The notes beneath the pieces were generated by a model, which was given only the letters and a program-made list of their open reading frames with translations, did no database searches and was not told the DNA's origin. From positions 36,769 through 100,768 of the forward strand of contig JANPAS010000083.1 of assembly GCA_031430035.1 (NCBI GenBank): 64,000 bases of DNA, in the 5' to 3' direction. Made by a program: the position numbers and the translations under genes. Of this stretch, positions 27,776-36,785 are shown one piece after another. This stretch comes from Comamonadaceae bacterium. GTDB taxonomy: Bacteria > Pseudomonadota > Gammaproteobacteria > Burkholderiales > Burkholderiaceae_C. The stretch's first letter is position 1, and each line of letters starts with the position of its first letter.

Positions 27776-28537
27776 ATGCAACTTCAGTTGCAAGGGAAAT
27801 CTGTTCTGGTCACTGGCTCATCCAAGGGGATCGGCCGAGCCATCGCCGAGGCGTTTCTGGCTGAGGGTGCCGAAGTCGCATTCAATGGACGCAATGCCGA
27901 GGACCTTAAGCGTGTCATCGCAGACCAGATCGAGGGCAAAGCTATAGCCGTCGATGGCGATGTAAGCAAACCGCACGGTGCTCGTGAAGTAGTCAACGGT
28001 GTGCTCTCGGCATTTGGGAAGCTTGACGTACTGGTTTGCAATGTCGGCAGCGGTCGGTCAGTGCCTCCGGGCCTAGAGACTCATCAGGAGTGGTTGAAGA
28101 TTTTTGAGCAAAATCTGTGGAGCGCAACTAATATGGTCGAAGCCGCAAAGCATGCACTCATCAAAACCAAAGGTACGATAGTTTGTATTTCTTCTATTTG
28201 CGGTCAAGAGGTCATACTGGGGGCGCCCGTCACCTACTCATCTGCAAAAGCGGCCCTCAACGCGTATGTTCGCGGCATTGCTCGGCCGCTGGGGCAAGAC
28301 GGCGTGAGAATCAATGCCATCGCCCCCGGCAATGTCCTGTTCGAGAACTCTGTCTGGCAAAGAAAGATCAACGAGGATGCCGCTGCTGTCAAGCAGATGC
28401 TGGCGCGCGATGTGGCCCTGTCAAAGCTTGGTACGCCCCAGGATGTCGCCAATCTTGCGCTATGGCTGGCGTCTCCTGCGGCATCGTTTTGCACCGGCAG
28501 CATATTTGTCACGGACGGCGGGCAAGTCCGAAGTTAA
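27776..28537 (+). CDS. Classical SDR oxidoreductase (FabG-like)
   Basis: KSVLVTGSSKGIGRAIA (TGxxxGxG), NVGS, YSSAKAALNAY (YxxxK) and PGNV. Confidence 0.8.
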   Translation: MQLQLQGKSVLVTGSSKGIGRAIAEAFLAEGAEVAFNGRNAEDLKRVIADQIEGKAIAVDGDVSKPHGAREVVNGVLSAFGKLDVLVCNVGSGRSVPPGLETHQEWLKIFEQNLWSATNMVEAAKHALIKTKGTIVCISSICGQEVILGAPVTYSSAKAALNAYVRGIARPLGQDGVRINAIAPGNVLFENSVWQRKINEDAAAVKQMLARDVALSKLGTPQDVANLALWLASPAASFCTGSIFVTDGGQVRS

Positions 28538-28556
28538 GAAACAGATAAGGTGAAAG

Positions 28557-29390
28557 ATGGCTTTTGAGAAATTCGATCTGACCGGCAAGACCGCCCTAAT
28601 TACCGGCGCGGCCGGCTTGCTGGGCATGGAGCACGCGGCGGCGCTGTTAGAGAGCGGCGCGACGGTGGTGCTGACTGACATGAGCGCCACAGCGCTTGAC
28701 GCTGCAGCGCAACGCTTGAGTGAACGCCATGACCGCGCGCGGATCCTGACCACGGTGATGGATGTGACCGATCCAGCGGCCATAGGTGCTGTAGCGAAAA
28801 TGCTGTCCGGACGAGGTTTGCGCGTGGACATTCTGGTCAACAACGCAGCCATCGACCCCAAGGTTAAGGGCGATCATGGAGTTGTGGAGACGTCGCGCCT
28901 TGAACACTTCCCCTTGGATCAATGGAATCTGCAGGTGGCCGTCGGTCTGACCGGTGCATTCCTGTGCAGCCAAGTCTTTGGCAGCGCGATGTCCCAAGAC
29001 GGAAAAGGGGGGGTCATCCTGAACATCGCTTCTGATCTCTCGGTCTTCGCCCCCGACCAGCGGCTCTACCGCAAGGAGAGCTTGCCCGATGAGCTGCAAC
29101 CCGTGAAGCCGGTGACCTATTCGGTGATTAAGGCCGGACTGATCGGATTGACCCGTTATCTGGCCACCTACTGGGCTGACAAGGGCGTGCGATGCAACGC
29201 TCTCTCACCCGGTGGTGTCTACAACGGCCAGGGAGACGAATTCGTCCAGCGGTTGACCTCGCTGATTCCGCTTGGGCGGATGGCCGACAAGGAGGAGTAT
29301 CGGGCTGCGGTGCAGTTTCTCTGCTCGGATGCGTCTGCGTACATGAATGGCCAGAACATAGTCATGGATGGCGGTCGCAGTGTCCTGTAA
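28557..29390 (+). CDS. SDR oxidoreductase
   Basis: KTALITGAAGLLGMEHA, NNAA, YSVIKAGLIGLTRY (YxxxK) and PGGV. Confidence 0.8.
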   Translation: MAFEKFDLTGKTALITGAAGLLGMEHAAALLESGATVVLTDMSATALDAAAQRLSERHDRARILTTVMDVTDPAAIGAVAKMLSGRGLRVDILVNNAAIDPKVKGDHGVVETSRLEHFPLDQWNLQVAVGLTGAFLCSQVFGSAMSQDGKGGVILNIASDLSVFAPDQRLYRKESLPDELQPVKPVTYSVIKAGLIGLTRYLATYWADKGVRCNALSPGGVYNGQGDEFVQRLTSLIPLGRMADKEEYRAAVQFLCSDASAYMNGQNIVMDGGRSVL

Positions 29391-29441
29391 AGAAATGATG
29401 TGGACTGGCCCTGCTCCTAGACGCAAGGCCAGACCCGCACT

Positions 29442-30392
29442 ATGAGCCTTCTTTACGGCATAGGCAGCGTACTGATGCTGCATCGGGTACGTCCTGATTC
29501 CATGGATGACTTCTGCCCGAACCGCGATATGGCCGTCAGCCCGGAATTCCTCGAACGTTTGATTGGCGACGCGCAGCAGCGCGGCCATACCTTTGTCAGT
29601 CTTGATCGGATCTGTGATGCATTACAACGAGGTACAGTGAGCAAGCTCTTGGCACTAACGTTCGACGACGGCTACAGGGACAATCTCACTGTCGCCTACC
29701 CTATCCTCAAACGGCTGGGCATCCCTTTCACGATCTACGTCACCACGTCGTTTCCTGATGGCGAAGCGATCCTCTGGTGGTATGCCATCGAACAGATGCT
29801 GCAGCAAAATGAGCAGATCGCGCTGGCGGATGACAGCGTGCTGCCCTGCCGCACGAGCCAAGAAAAGCTGGATGCCTTTGTCTCTTTGCGGCAGTCGATC
29901 ATGGCGCTGCCCCGTGACGGGCTCGGCGACAGGGTCAATGCGATATTCGAGCGGGTGAATTTCGACTGGCGGCAAATGTGTGCGGAGGAGGCCTTGAGCT
30001 GGGACGATCTTCGCGAACTGGCACGGGATCCCCTGGTGACCATCGGCGCGCATACCGTGAGTCACCCGGTCCTGTCCGCGCTGTCCCCGGAACAGGTCTG
30101 CGCCGAAATGCGCGATAGCCGGGAGCGCATCGAGGCCCACATTGGCGCCCCTGTCACGCACTTTTGTTACCCCTTCGGCAGCCGTAACGAAGTTGGCACC
30201 CGTGAATTTGAACTGGCGCAAGAGCTTGGTTTTAAGACAGCCACCACGACCCGCTGGGGCAATATTTTCCCGAAACACCGCAAGCACCTGCACGGGCTGC
30301 CGCGGGTTGCGCTGACCAATGCCTTTGATTGGAACGATTTTCGTCGCCAGTCGCTCAGGCGTTTCGCGCGCGGACGCGTGGTTACCGTATGA
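29442..30392 (+). CDS. Polysaccharide deacetylase (CE4 / NodB homology domain)
   Basis: LTFDDGYRDN (Asp-Asp motif), GAHTVSHPVLS (His-x-x-x-His-type metal motif) and FCYPFG. Confidence 0.75.
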   Translation: MSLLYGIGSVLMLHRVRPDSMDDFCPNRDMAVSPEFLERLIGDAQQRGHTFVSLDRICDALQRGTVSKLLALTFDDGYRDNLTVAYPILKRLGIPFTIYVTTSFPDGEAILWWYAIEQMLQQNEQIALADDSVLPCRTSQEKLDAFVSLRQSIMALPRDGLGDRVNAIFERVNFDWRQMCAEEALSWDDLRELARDPLVTIGAHTVSHPVLSALSPEQVCAEMRDSRERIEAHIGAPVTHFCYPFGSRNEVGTREFELAQELGFKTATTTRWGNIFPKHRKHLHGLPRVALTNAFDWNDFRRQSLRRFARGRVVTV

Positions 30393-31651
30393 AAATTGCA
30401 ATGCTCAACACCTTCGACAGCGGCGGTGGCGCAGCCCGCTCTGCCTATCGCTTGCACCAAGGACTCTTGCAAAAAGGGGTGGCGTCACGCTTCGTGACCC
30501 AATACAACCAGCAGCGCAACCCCGATATCGTTTGTGGCACCACGCGGTTTCAGAAGCTGGTGGCGTTGCTGCGCCCGTTGGCCGACATGATTCCGATGAA
30601 GATGTACCGGCACCGGGACATGCGGCTGCCGTTTTCCACGGCCTACGTGCCCGTAGCGCGACGGGTTAAGGATGTTGTAGCGCAAGCTGATGTGCTGCAC
30701 TTGCACTGGGTCGTCCACGGCTTCATCAATATCCAGTTCCTGCGCCAGGCGCATCGACCTATCGTCTGGACCATGCATGACTCCTGGACTTTCACCGGCG
30801 GCTGCCATCTGCCGGCGGATTGCCGCCGTTACCAGCAGACCTGTGGCAGTTGCCCGCAATTGGCCTCCGCGCGCGAGGCCGACCTGACGCGCCTGAATTG
30901 GCATTGCAAGCAGCGCGCGTGGAAAGACTTGGACATCATCTTCGTCACGCCGAGCAACTGGATGGCAGAGTGCGCCCGCAGCAGCAGCCTGCTTGCCGGT
31001 CGCCGCGTCGAAGTCATTCCAAACGGCATCGATACCGATGTCTTCAAGCCGGCGGACCGCGCGGTATGTCGGCGCATGATGAACCTGCCTACCGATAGGC
31101 ACCTGATCCTGTTCGGGGCGATGGGCGCCATCACGGACGAAAACAAGGGCTTTGCCCTGCTGCGCCAGGCACTGGCCGCATTGCCGCGCCAGGTAGCCGG
31201 CAAGGACTGCATGCTGGTGGTATTTGGCGCGCAACGGCTCGACCTGCCGGACTTGGATATCGAAGTGCGTTTCATTGGCACCTTGACTGACGATATCGCA
31301 CTGTCGGTGCTGTATTGCGCAGCCGATGTGATGGTGGTTCCGTCCATGCAGGAAAACTTGCCCAACACGATCATGGAGCCGATGGCTTGCGGTACGGCCG
31401 TAGTGGCATTTCGCACCGGTGGCATTCCCGATCTGGTCGAGCATCGCCAGACCGGCTATCTGGCTGAGCCTTTTGATACGGCAGACCTGGCGCGGGGGAT
31501 TACGTGGACATTGGAGCAGTCGGCACTGGATTCCAGTCTAGGGAAAAGTGCGCGAGAAAAAGTCGAGCGGGAGTTTGCCATCGACGTGGTATCGGCTCGT
31601 TACATGAAGCTGTATGCAGAATTGACTGGAGGCGCAGATGGTCGCAAGTAG
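30389..31651 (+). CDS. GT-B glycosyltransferase, family 4-like
   Basis: MKIAMLNTFDSGGGAARSAYRL ... VVPSMQENLPNTIMEPMACGTAVVAFRTGGIPDLV (E-x7-E). The start is the ATG at 30389, overlapping the upstream TGA. Confidence 0.8.
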   Translation: MKIAMLNTFDSGGGAARSAYRLHQGLLQKGVASRFVTQYNQQRNPDIVCGTTRFQKLVALLRPLADMIPMKMYRHRDMRLPFSTAYVPVARRVKDVVAQADVLHLHWVVHGFINIQFLRQAHRPIVWTMHDSWTFTGGCHLPADCRRYQQTCGSCPQLASAREADLTRLNWHCKQRAWKDLDIIFVTPSNWMAECARSSSLLAGRRVEVIPNGIDTDVFKPADRAVCRRMMNLPTDRHLILFGAMGAITDENKGFALLRQALAALPRQVAGKDCMLVVFGAQRLDLPDLDIEVRFIGTLTDDIALSVLYCAADVMVVPSMQENLPNTIMEPMACGTAVVAFRTGGIPDLVEHRQTGYLAEPFDTADLARGITWTLEQSALDSSLGKSAREKVEREFAIDVVSARYMKLYAELTGGADGRK

Positions 31652-32348
31652 AGCTCGTGCATTCGTCAGGCGCATCCTAACTAGGCAATTGACCAGCAGG
31701 CTGGAATTCGAGGATGCCATTGCAGTGACCCCGATCTCCGATGTGTTCGGTCTAGATCGGGGAACGCCGCTGGACAGGGTTTTCATCAATCGCTTTCTTC
31801 AGCAAAACAGGGAAATTATCCGCGGCGACTGCCTTGAAGTGGAGGAGCCTGCCTACACACGAAAATTCGGCCAGCCCGGCCATGTCGCCCATGCGCTCAA
31901 GTTCACGGCCACCCCAGGCGGGGCAGGACAGAATGATGTCGTGGCTGATCTGACCCAGCCGCAGTCAGTGCCGGAAGCGAAATTCGACACATTTATCTGC
32001 ACCCAGACCCTGAATTTCATCTTCGATCTCGACCCAGTAATCGCCTCTATCCACAAGCTGCTGAAGCCCGGTGGGCACGCGCTGATTACGGTAGCGGGCA
32101 TCTCCCAGATTTCCCGCTATGATTACGAGCGCTGGGGGGATTTCTGGCGCTTTACCGATCAGTCGTTGCAAAAGCTGCTGGTTCGGCAGTTTTCCAAGGA
32201 AAACTGCATGCTCACCACGTATGGGAATGTTGCCACCAGTTGTTTATTCCTTCAGGGCGTGTCCTTTGAAGACATTTCTGACAAAAAAATACTCGATTTA
32301 AACGATCAAAATTATCAGATGATCGTTTGTGCTGTTGTCAAAAAATAA
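31638..32348 (+). CDS. SAM-dependent methyltransferase (putative)
   Basis: CLEVEEPAY..., FDTFICTQTLNFIFD and LKPGGHALITVAG resemble motifs I, II and post-II of class I methyltransferases. The substrate is unknown. Confidence 0.55.
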   Translation: MVASRARAFVRRILTRQLTSRLEFEDAIAVTPISDVFGLDRGTPLDRVFINRFLQQNREIIRGDCLEVEEPAYTRKFGQPGHVAHALKFTATPGGAGQNDVVADLTQPQSVPEAKFDTFICTQTLNFIFDLDPVIASIHKLLKPGGHALITVAGISQISRYDYERWGDFWRFTDQSLQKLLVRQFSKENCMLTTYGNVATSCLFLQGVSFEDISDKKILDLNDQNYQMIVCAVVKK

Positions 32349-32358
32349 TATTTATTTA

Positions 32359-33309
32359 ATGAAAATTTCCATTTACGACACGACTATTTGTGATGACAAC
32401 CTTGGCAACCAGATCATCATGGATGCCATAAACCCTGTCATCGATAAAATTTTCCGTGATGCCTTCATCATTAAACTCCAATACCTCGAGAAATTCGGCG
32501 ATATGTCCCATCGTCATATTCGCGAGTCGAAATATACATTCTTCGGCGGCACAAATGCCTTAAGTTCAACGATGAATCGGTATTCTCAAATGGGTTTCAA
32601 CTTGGCCGATACAACCCGTATTAATAACGTGGTGCTCGTTGGGGTTGGTTGGTGGCAGTATCAGAAAAAACCAAACTTTTATACTCGTTACCTGCTAAAA
32701 CGAATTCTCCATCCTGATGCTATTCACTCAGTCCGTGATGAATATACGAAAGATTACCTGCAAAACATTGGGATTAAGAACGTTGTCAATACATCTTGCC
32801 CGACTGTTTGGAATCTCAACAAGAAACATTGCGAAAATATCCCCGCTCACAAGAGCCGTAAAGCCGTGTGCAGCCTAACTGATTATCACCAAGACCCAGT
32901 TTCTGATGCTGCCTTTTTGAGGCTGGTGATCGAAAGATATGAAAAATGCTTTCTATGGTTGCAAGGTGCGGGAGATCGCGAATACTTCGACTCCCTTGAC
33001 CTTCCTGCTGGCGCAATCGAGCTGATACCCCCAAAATTGAGCGCCTATGATCAATTGTTGATGTCGGAAGAAGTCGATTACATCGGGACTCGCCTTCACG
33101 CCGGCGTTCGCGCCCTCCAGCATCGCAGGCGTGCGCTTATTCTTGGTATCGATAACCGTGCACTGGAGATCGGTAAAAACATTGGTTTAAATGTCTGTGA
33201 CCGCAAGGACATTGGTGCAGTTTCTCGTTTCTGCAAGGGGGGTGAAGCCACCCTGCTGAGAATCCCGGAAGAAGAAATCCAGCGCTGGCAGCAGCAATTC
33301 GTCGAATAA
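32359..33309 (+). CDS. Polysaccharide pyruvyl transferase family protein
   Basis: N-terminus ISIYDTTICDDNLGNQIIMDAI and C-terminus DYIGTRLHAGVRALQHRRRALILGIDNRALEI match the conserved ends of the WcaK/CsaB-type family. The start was moved to the ATG at 32359. The gene is markedly AT-rich. Confidence 0.6.
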   Translation: MKISIYDTTICDDNLGNQIIMDAINPVIDKIFRDAFIIKLQYLEKFGDMSHRHIRESKYTFFGGTNALSSTMNRYSQMGFNLADTTRINNVVLVGVGWWQYQKKPNFYTRYLLKRILHPDAIHSVRDEYTKDYLQNIGIKNVVNTSCPTVWNLNKKHCENIPAHKSRKAVCSLTDYHQDPVSDAAFLRLVIERYEKCFLWLQGAGDREYFDSLDLPAGAIELIPPKLSAYDQLLMSEEVDYIGTRLHAGVRALQHRRRALILGIDNRALEIGKNIGLNVCDRKDIGAVSRFCKGGEATLLRIPEEEIQRWQQQFVE

Positions 33310-34461
33310 ATGCGCCCATCATTGCCGAGCAATTTCCCTGAGGGTACGATATTCATAATCGATGGCCTCATGGCCGCATTTACCGTGGCTTTGATGTGCG
33401 CCGGTCGTTCAATCCGGTGCATATACGAGTGCAAGGAAATCCAATGGCGCAATGTTGACTTCGTCGCGCTGTATGATCTTTTGCTGGCAGATGTCGATAT
33501 TCGGGAAAAACGAATTGAGCAGGTGCCCCATCCATATTTTCTCGAAGGCAGAAACCTGCTCGACACCATACGAAAACAACAGGTGTTCATTCGTGGTATC
33601 CGCGAACGGATAGCCCTTGATCCGAGCGAAACCTATTGCGGCTGTACGACCTCGTCAATTCTCCTGGGTAACAAGGATATAGTGCCTCATATCCTGATGG
33701 ATGAGGGGATGGACTCGCTCATGGCGAGACATCGCCTCTATAGTTTGGGACGCGCCAAGTGGAAAGATAGATTACGGGAAACCTTGGCAGGTTGGCTGGT
33801 GCCATTTCGATTTCATCGTGACACCCCCCAAATCACCATGGCTCGCGATGAGCACAGAGCAATCGTCCTTCGCAAAGATTACCGGGGTTTTCGGTCTCAT
33901 CGCTTTGACCTGCTGACTGCTCCCCTGCTTGAGCATCTTGGGCATTCGAGCTTAAATGTATTGACCCTGGTGAAAGGGCCGCAGCATATGTCTGCGACCC
34001 CTCTGTCTGACAAGCAGGATGTTTACTTTAGATACGTGGAGTTCAACCTTCTGGCCATCAAGCGATTCATCGCTCTGCATCCTGCGTACGCCGACGCATG
34101 CTTTTACCTGAAGACCCACCCGAGCTTGGGCGTTGATTCACCCCTAGTGAATTCTTTGATTGCCACCCTCGCCAAGAATTCGATTTGTGCCAGAAATATT
34201 TGGGAGGGTTTGTCTTTTGAAGAGCTTCCCTCCATTCCTGCAGAGGCTTATCTGTCGACTGGGGGATTCAAGGCACTCCTGTCTCTGGACGCGTCGAGTA
34301 CTCTTTGGCATGTCGGCCACGATCCATCTCTGGAGTGCTATATGCCCCTTGATGACATCATCAGCTTGTCCCGTATCGACGGGTCTTCTGCGTTACTCCC
34401 TTTGCTGGCAGGGCAACGGGAACTTAACCGGATCAATGGCAATAACGTGAGATTTTATTAA
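33310..34461 (+). CDS. Hypothetical protein; possible GT-B ulosonic-acid (sialyl/polysialyl-type) transferase
   Basis: I recognise no strong family match. It contains the two short motifs reported for bacterial sialyltransferase families: D/E-D/E-G (HILMDEGMDSL, residues 131-133) and HP (YLKTHPSLG, residues 270-271). An N-terminal strand reads TIFIIDGL. Confidence 0.35.
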   Translation: MRPSLPSNFPEGTIFIIDGLMAAFTVALMCAGRSIRCIYECKEIQWRNVDFVALYDLLLADVDIREKRIEQVPHPYFLEGRNLLDTIRKQQVFIRGIRERIALDPSETYCGCTTSSILLGNKDIVPHILMDEGMDSLMARHRLYSLGRAKWKDRLRETLAGWLVPFRFHRDTPQITMARDEHRAIVLRKDYRGFRSHRFDLLTAPLLEHLGHSSLNVLTLVKGPQHMSATPLSDKQDVYFRYVEFNLLAIKRFIALHPAYADACFYLKTHPSLGVDSPLVNSLIATLAKNSICARNIWEGLSFEELPSIPAEAYLSTGGFKALLSLDASSTLWHVGHDPSLECYMPLDDIISLSRIDGSSALLPLLAGQRELNRINGNNVRFY

Positions 34462-34465
34462 TTTT

Positions 34466-35569
34466 ATGAGTCTGAAAATAGATAAAGTCTGCTTCGTCAT
34501 CGACAGCCCCATGAATGCCATGGTGGCGTCCCTGATCGCGCGAGATGCGTCCTTGGTCGAGGTCATTTATGCTTTTGACCCCCAACGCAAGGACATAGAT
34601 GAATATTTGCAGGTGTCTCGTGCCCTGCTTTCCAACATTAAGCAACGTTCGGAATCGGTGATAGAGTTTGATTCCGTCCGCTTCTGGGGTGGCGAGAAGA
34701 ACGCGCTGCTTCCGGCCGCCCGAAAAGCCTTGGCGCCCCTAATTGAAGACCACGCAGAGGGAACCGTGTATTTCGGAAATTGCCTGACCAATCCGATCGC
34801 CCTGGCTTTGAAGCGCTTTGCCAAGGTCAATCACCTTTACCATGCGCCGGGTGATTTTGTGAGCATGTTGTTTCCACAAGGAAACCCGTTGAAATCAGGT
34901 CTCAAGAATTTGATAAAGCGGATTCTTGGCCTTGAACTCTACAAAATTGAGATCGGAGACTTTCCGGTCTATTCATTGCTGCACTTCGCCTCACAGAAGA
35001 ATTTCCAGCACGTAGATTTTAGGAATTTCTCTTCGGTGGCGGTCGAGACTGTCCTTGCTGAATTGAGCCGAGAACTGGATAGCCCGGGTAAAAATATCAT
35101 GCTCTTGCTGGCGGGGGATGAGCCGGAACCGGGGGACAAGAACCCGTCGAATATCGCCAAATACCTGAAACCCCATTGCCAGGCAGTGGAAATCCTGATG
35201 GATGCTGATGGGCTGGATAGCGCTACGCTGTGGGTCAAGGAGCACAAATCCTACTTTCCCCTGAGTAGCGAGGAACGGTCTCTGTTGGCCGGTGAATTTT
35301 CGAAACTGGGCTGTGCCGTACGCTTTGTCACCGATCATTTGCCCAAGGAGTACCGGTCTCTGCCAGGGGAATGCATTCTCAAGTACGGAAAGGTGGATTA
35401 CGTCGTCGCTGAGCCTTCTGCGTTTTTGTTCAATATCGCGAGCTCATTCGTCACGCCCATCGCAGCCGTAACTCCATTTGCGCCTTATCGGGATGAAGGG
35501 CAACTTGGACGCAATGCCGAATTTATGGCAATCAACCGTCTTCTCGTTCAACCTGCTCGTGTCTATTAA
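34466..35569 (+). CDS. Hypothetical protein; possible divergent paralogue-type partner of the preceding putative transferase
   Basis: Its size and layout resemble 33310-34461: an N-terminal strand KVCFVIDSPMNAMV, a mid-protein LYHAPGDF, and WVKEHKSYFP where the neighbour has THP. The motifs are degenerate. Confidence 0.3.
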   Translation: MSLKIDKVCFVIDSPMNAMVASLIARDASLVEVIYAFDPQRKDIDEYLQVSRALLSNIKQRSESVIEFDSVRFWGGEKNALLPAARKALAPLIEDHAEGTVYFGNCLTNPIALALKRFAKVNHLYHAPGDFVSMLFPQGNPLKSGLKNLIKRILGLELYKIEIGDFPVYSLLHFASQKNFQHVDFRNFSSVAVETVLAELSRELDSPGKNIMLLLAGDEPEPGDKNPSNIAKYLKPHCQAVEILMDADGLDSATLWVKEHKSYFPLSSEERSLLAGEFSKLGCAVRFVTDHLPKEYRSLPGECILKYGKVDYVVAEPSAFLFNIASSFVTPIAAVTPFAPYRDEGQLGRNAEFMAINRLLVQPARVY

Positions 35570-35570
35570 T

Positions 35571-36767
35571 ATGTCTAAAAAAATCAGTCAATCGTTGGAG
35601 CGCTGGTTCCTGTCAAGAATCGCAGCCCGTCATGTTGGGGCTCTCGCAGCCGATCCCTTAGTGAAGTTGACAGTTATCGTTCCAAGTTATTGCAGACAGC
35701 CTTTCCTGCTAAGGCAGATCGTCTACTGGATGCACTCTCCAGTGAAAGTCATCATTCTGGATGGTTCGCCGGAGTCGCTGTCTTCACAACTGATTAAATC
35801 GGTGGAGACCCTCACGAACGTAACCTACCTGCATAATCCGGTCGGCTTTGTGGAGCGAGTGGCCGCGGCTGCGAGCATGATCGGTACTCCCTATGCGGTA
35901 TTGTTGGGTGATGATGAGTTCCACCTCCATAGCGGATTGCGAAACGCTGTTCAGCACTTGCAGGAAAATCCGAATGATGGCGGATGTATCGGACAGTCGC
36001 TCAAGTTTTTTATTTCGGAAAAAAATTCACAGACCGCCTATGGCTCAGGCTACTCTCATTTCAAATACGAGGTGCGGGCGGAAAATCTCCTTGAGCGTTT
36101 TAGGCATGCAATGGAGCACTACAATGCCGCGACTTGCTATGCCGTCTTGCGAACCGATGTCTGGAAGGATTCCTGGGCCTCCCTGCTGAAAACTTCCTGC
36201 AAGGATGTTTGCGAAGTTCAGCAAGCGCTGGCGACGTATAGTGCCGGGAAGTTTTCTACCGTAGCTCAGATATATTGGCTGCGCTCTTGCGAAAATGTAT
36301 CGGTCACTGACCTCAATCACTTCAAAACGCTTTCCTTTCCAGCCTGGTGGACATCTGCGGCTTATGCCGACGAACGCCAGAAAATCGTAGCTGCGATCGC
36401 TGCCGTTATCCAGAAATATGCAGGCCTTCCAAGAGCGGAGGCCGAGTCTACGGCCCGCAACGGGCTAGAGGTGTTCAATCGTTTCCACCAACGCAGCTAT
36501 CCTGCTCCAAGCTTGTTCAACCGGGCGAGAATGAAGGGCGTTCTGGTGGTCATTTTGAGGTCCGTCATGCCTGCAGGCTTCTACAGTGCGCTTAAAAACT
36601 GGGTCATGCCCAACGTGAAATTGGATCCGACCCAGTTTGCGGATATAGGCGGGAGGGAAGCCCTCTCCCAAGAAAAGTACGAAGATCTGTTCAAGTTTGA
36701 GGCTGAGACGGACAGGGAATTGCAGGGTGTCGAGTCCTTGATATTCGATTTTTACAAACACTATTGA
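35571..36767 (+). CDS. GT-A fold (family 2-like) glycosyltransferase, putative
   Basis: LTVIVPSYCRQPFLLRQIVYW, VIILDGS and AVLLGDDEF (DxD-like). The start was moved to the ATG at 35571, 1 nt after the upstream TAA. Confidence 0.45.
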   Translation: MSKKISQSLERWFLSRIAARHVGALAADPLVKLTVIVPSYCRQPFLLRQIVYWMHSPVKVIILDGSPESLSSQLIKSVETLTNVTYLHNPVGFVERVAAAASMIGTPYAVLLGDDEFHLHSGLRNAVQHLQENPNDGGCIGQSLKFFISEKNSQTAYGSGYSHFKYEVRAENLLERFRHAMEHYNAATCYAVLRTDVWKDSWASLLKTSCKDVCEVQQALATYSAGKFSTVAQIYWLRSCENVSVTDLNHFKTLSFPAWWTSAAYADERQKIVAAIAAVIQKYAGLPRAEAESTARNGLEVFNRFHQRSYPAPSLFNRARMKGVLVVILRSVMPAGFYSALKNWVMPNVKLDPTQFADIGGREALSQEKYEDLFKFEAETDRELQGVESLIFDFYKHY

Positions 36768-36785
36768 CCCGTGTGGATATAAACC

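Noticed and set aside
35478-35570. N-terminal extensions of ORF-track entries. These affect the ORFs at 35478, 51289, 50169, 30329, 23367, 19509, 32329 and 11658.
   Set aside because: Each extension overlaps the 3' end of the preceding gene. In each case an internal ATG positioned at or overlapping the upstream stop gives a family-typical N-terminus.
35577-35583. Homopolymeric tracts as possible phase-variation switches: A7 just after the start codon at 35571, A7 at about 32285 and 58565, and G-runs at about 20760 and 50241.
   Set aside because: The tracts are short (7 nt or less). The G-runs encode conserved Gly motifs (GAGGGGF). There is no evidence of length heterogeneity in a single sequence, and such short runs are expected by chance in 64 kb.
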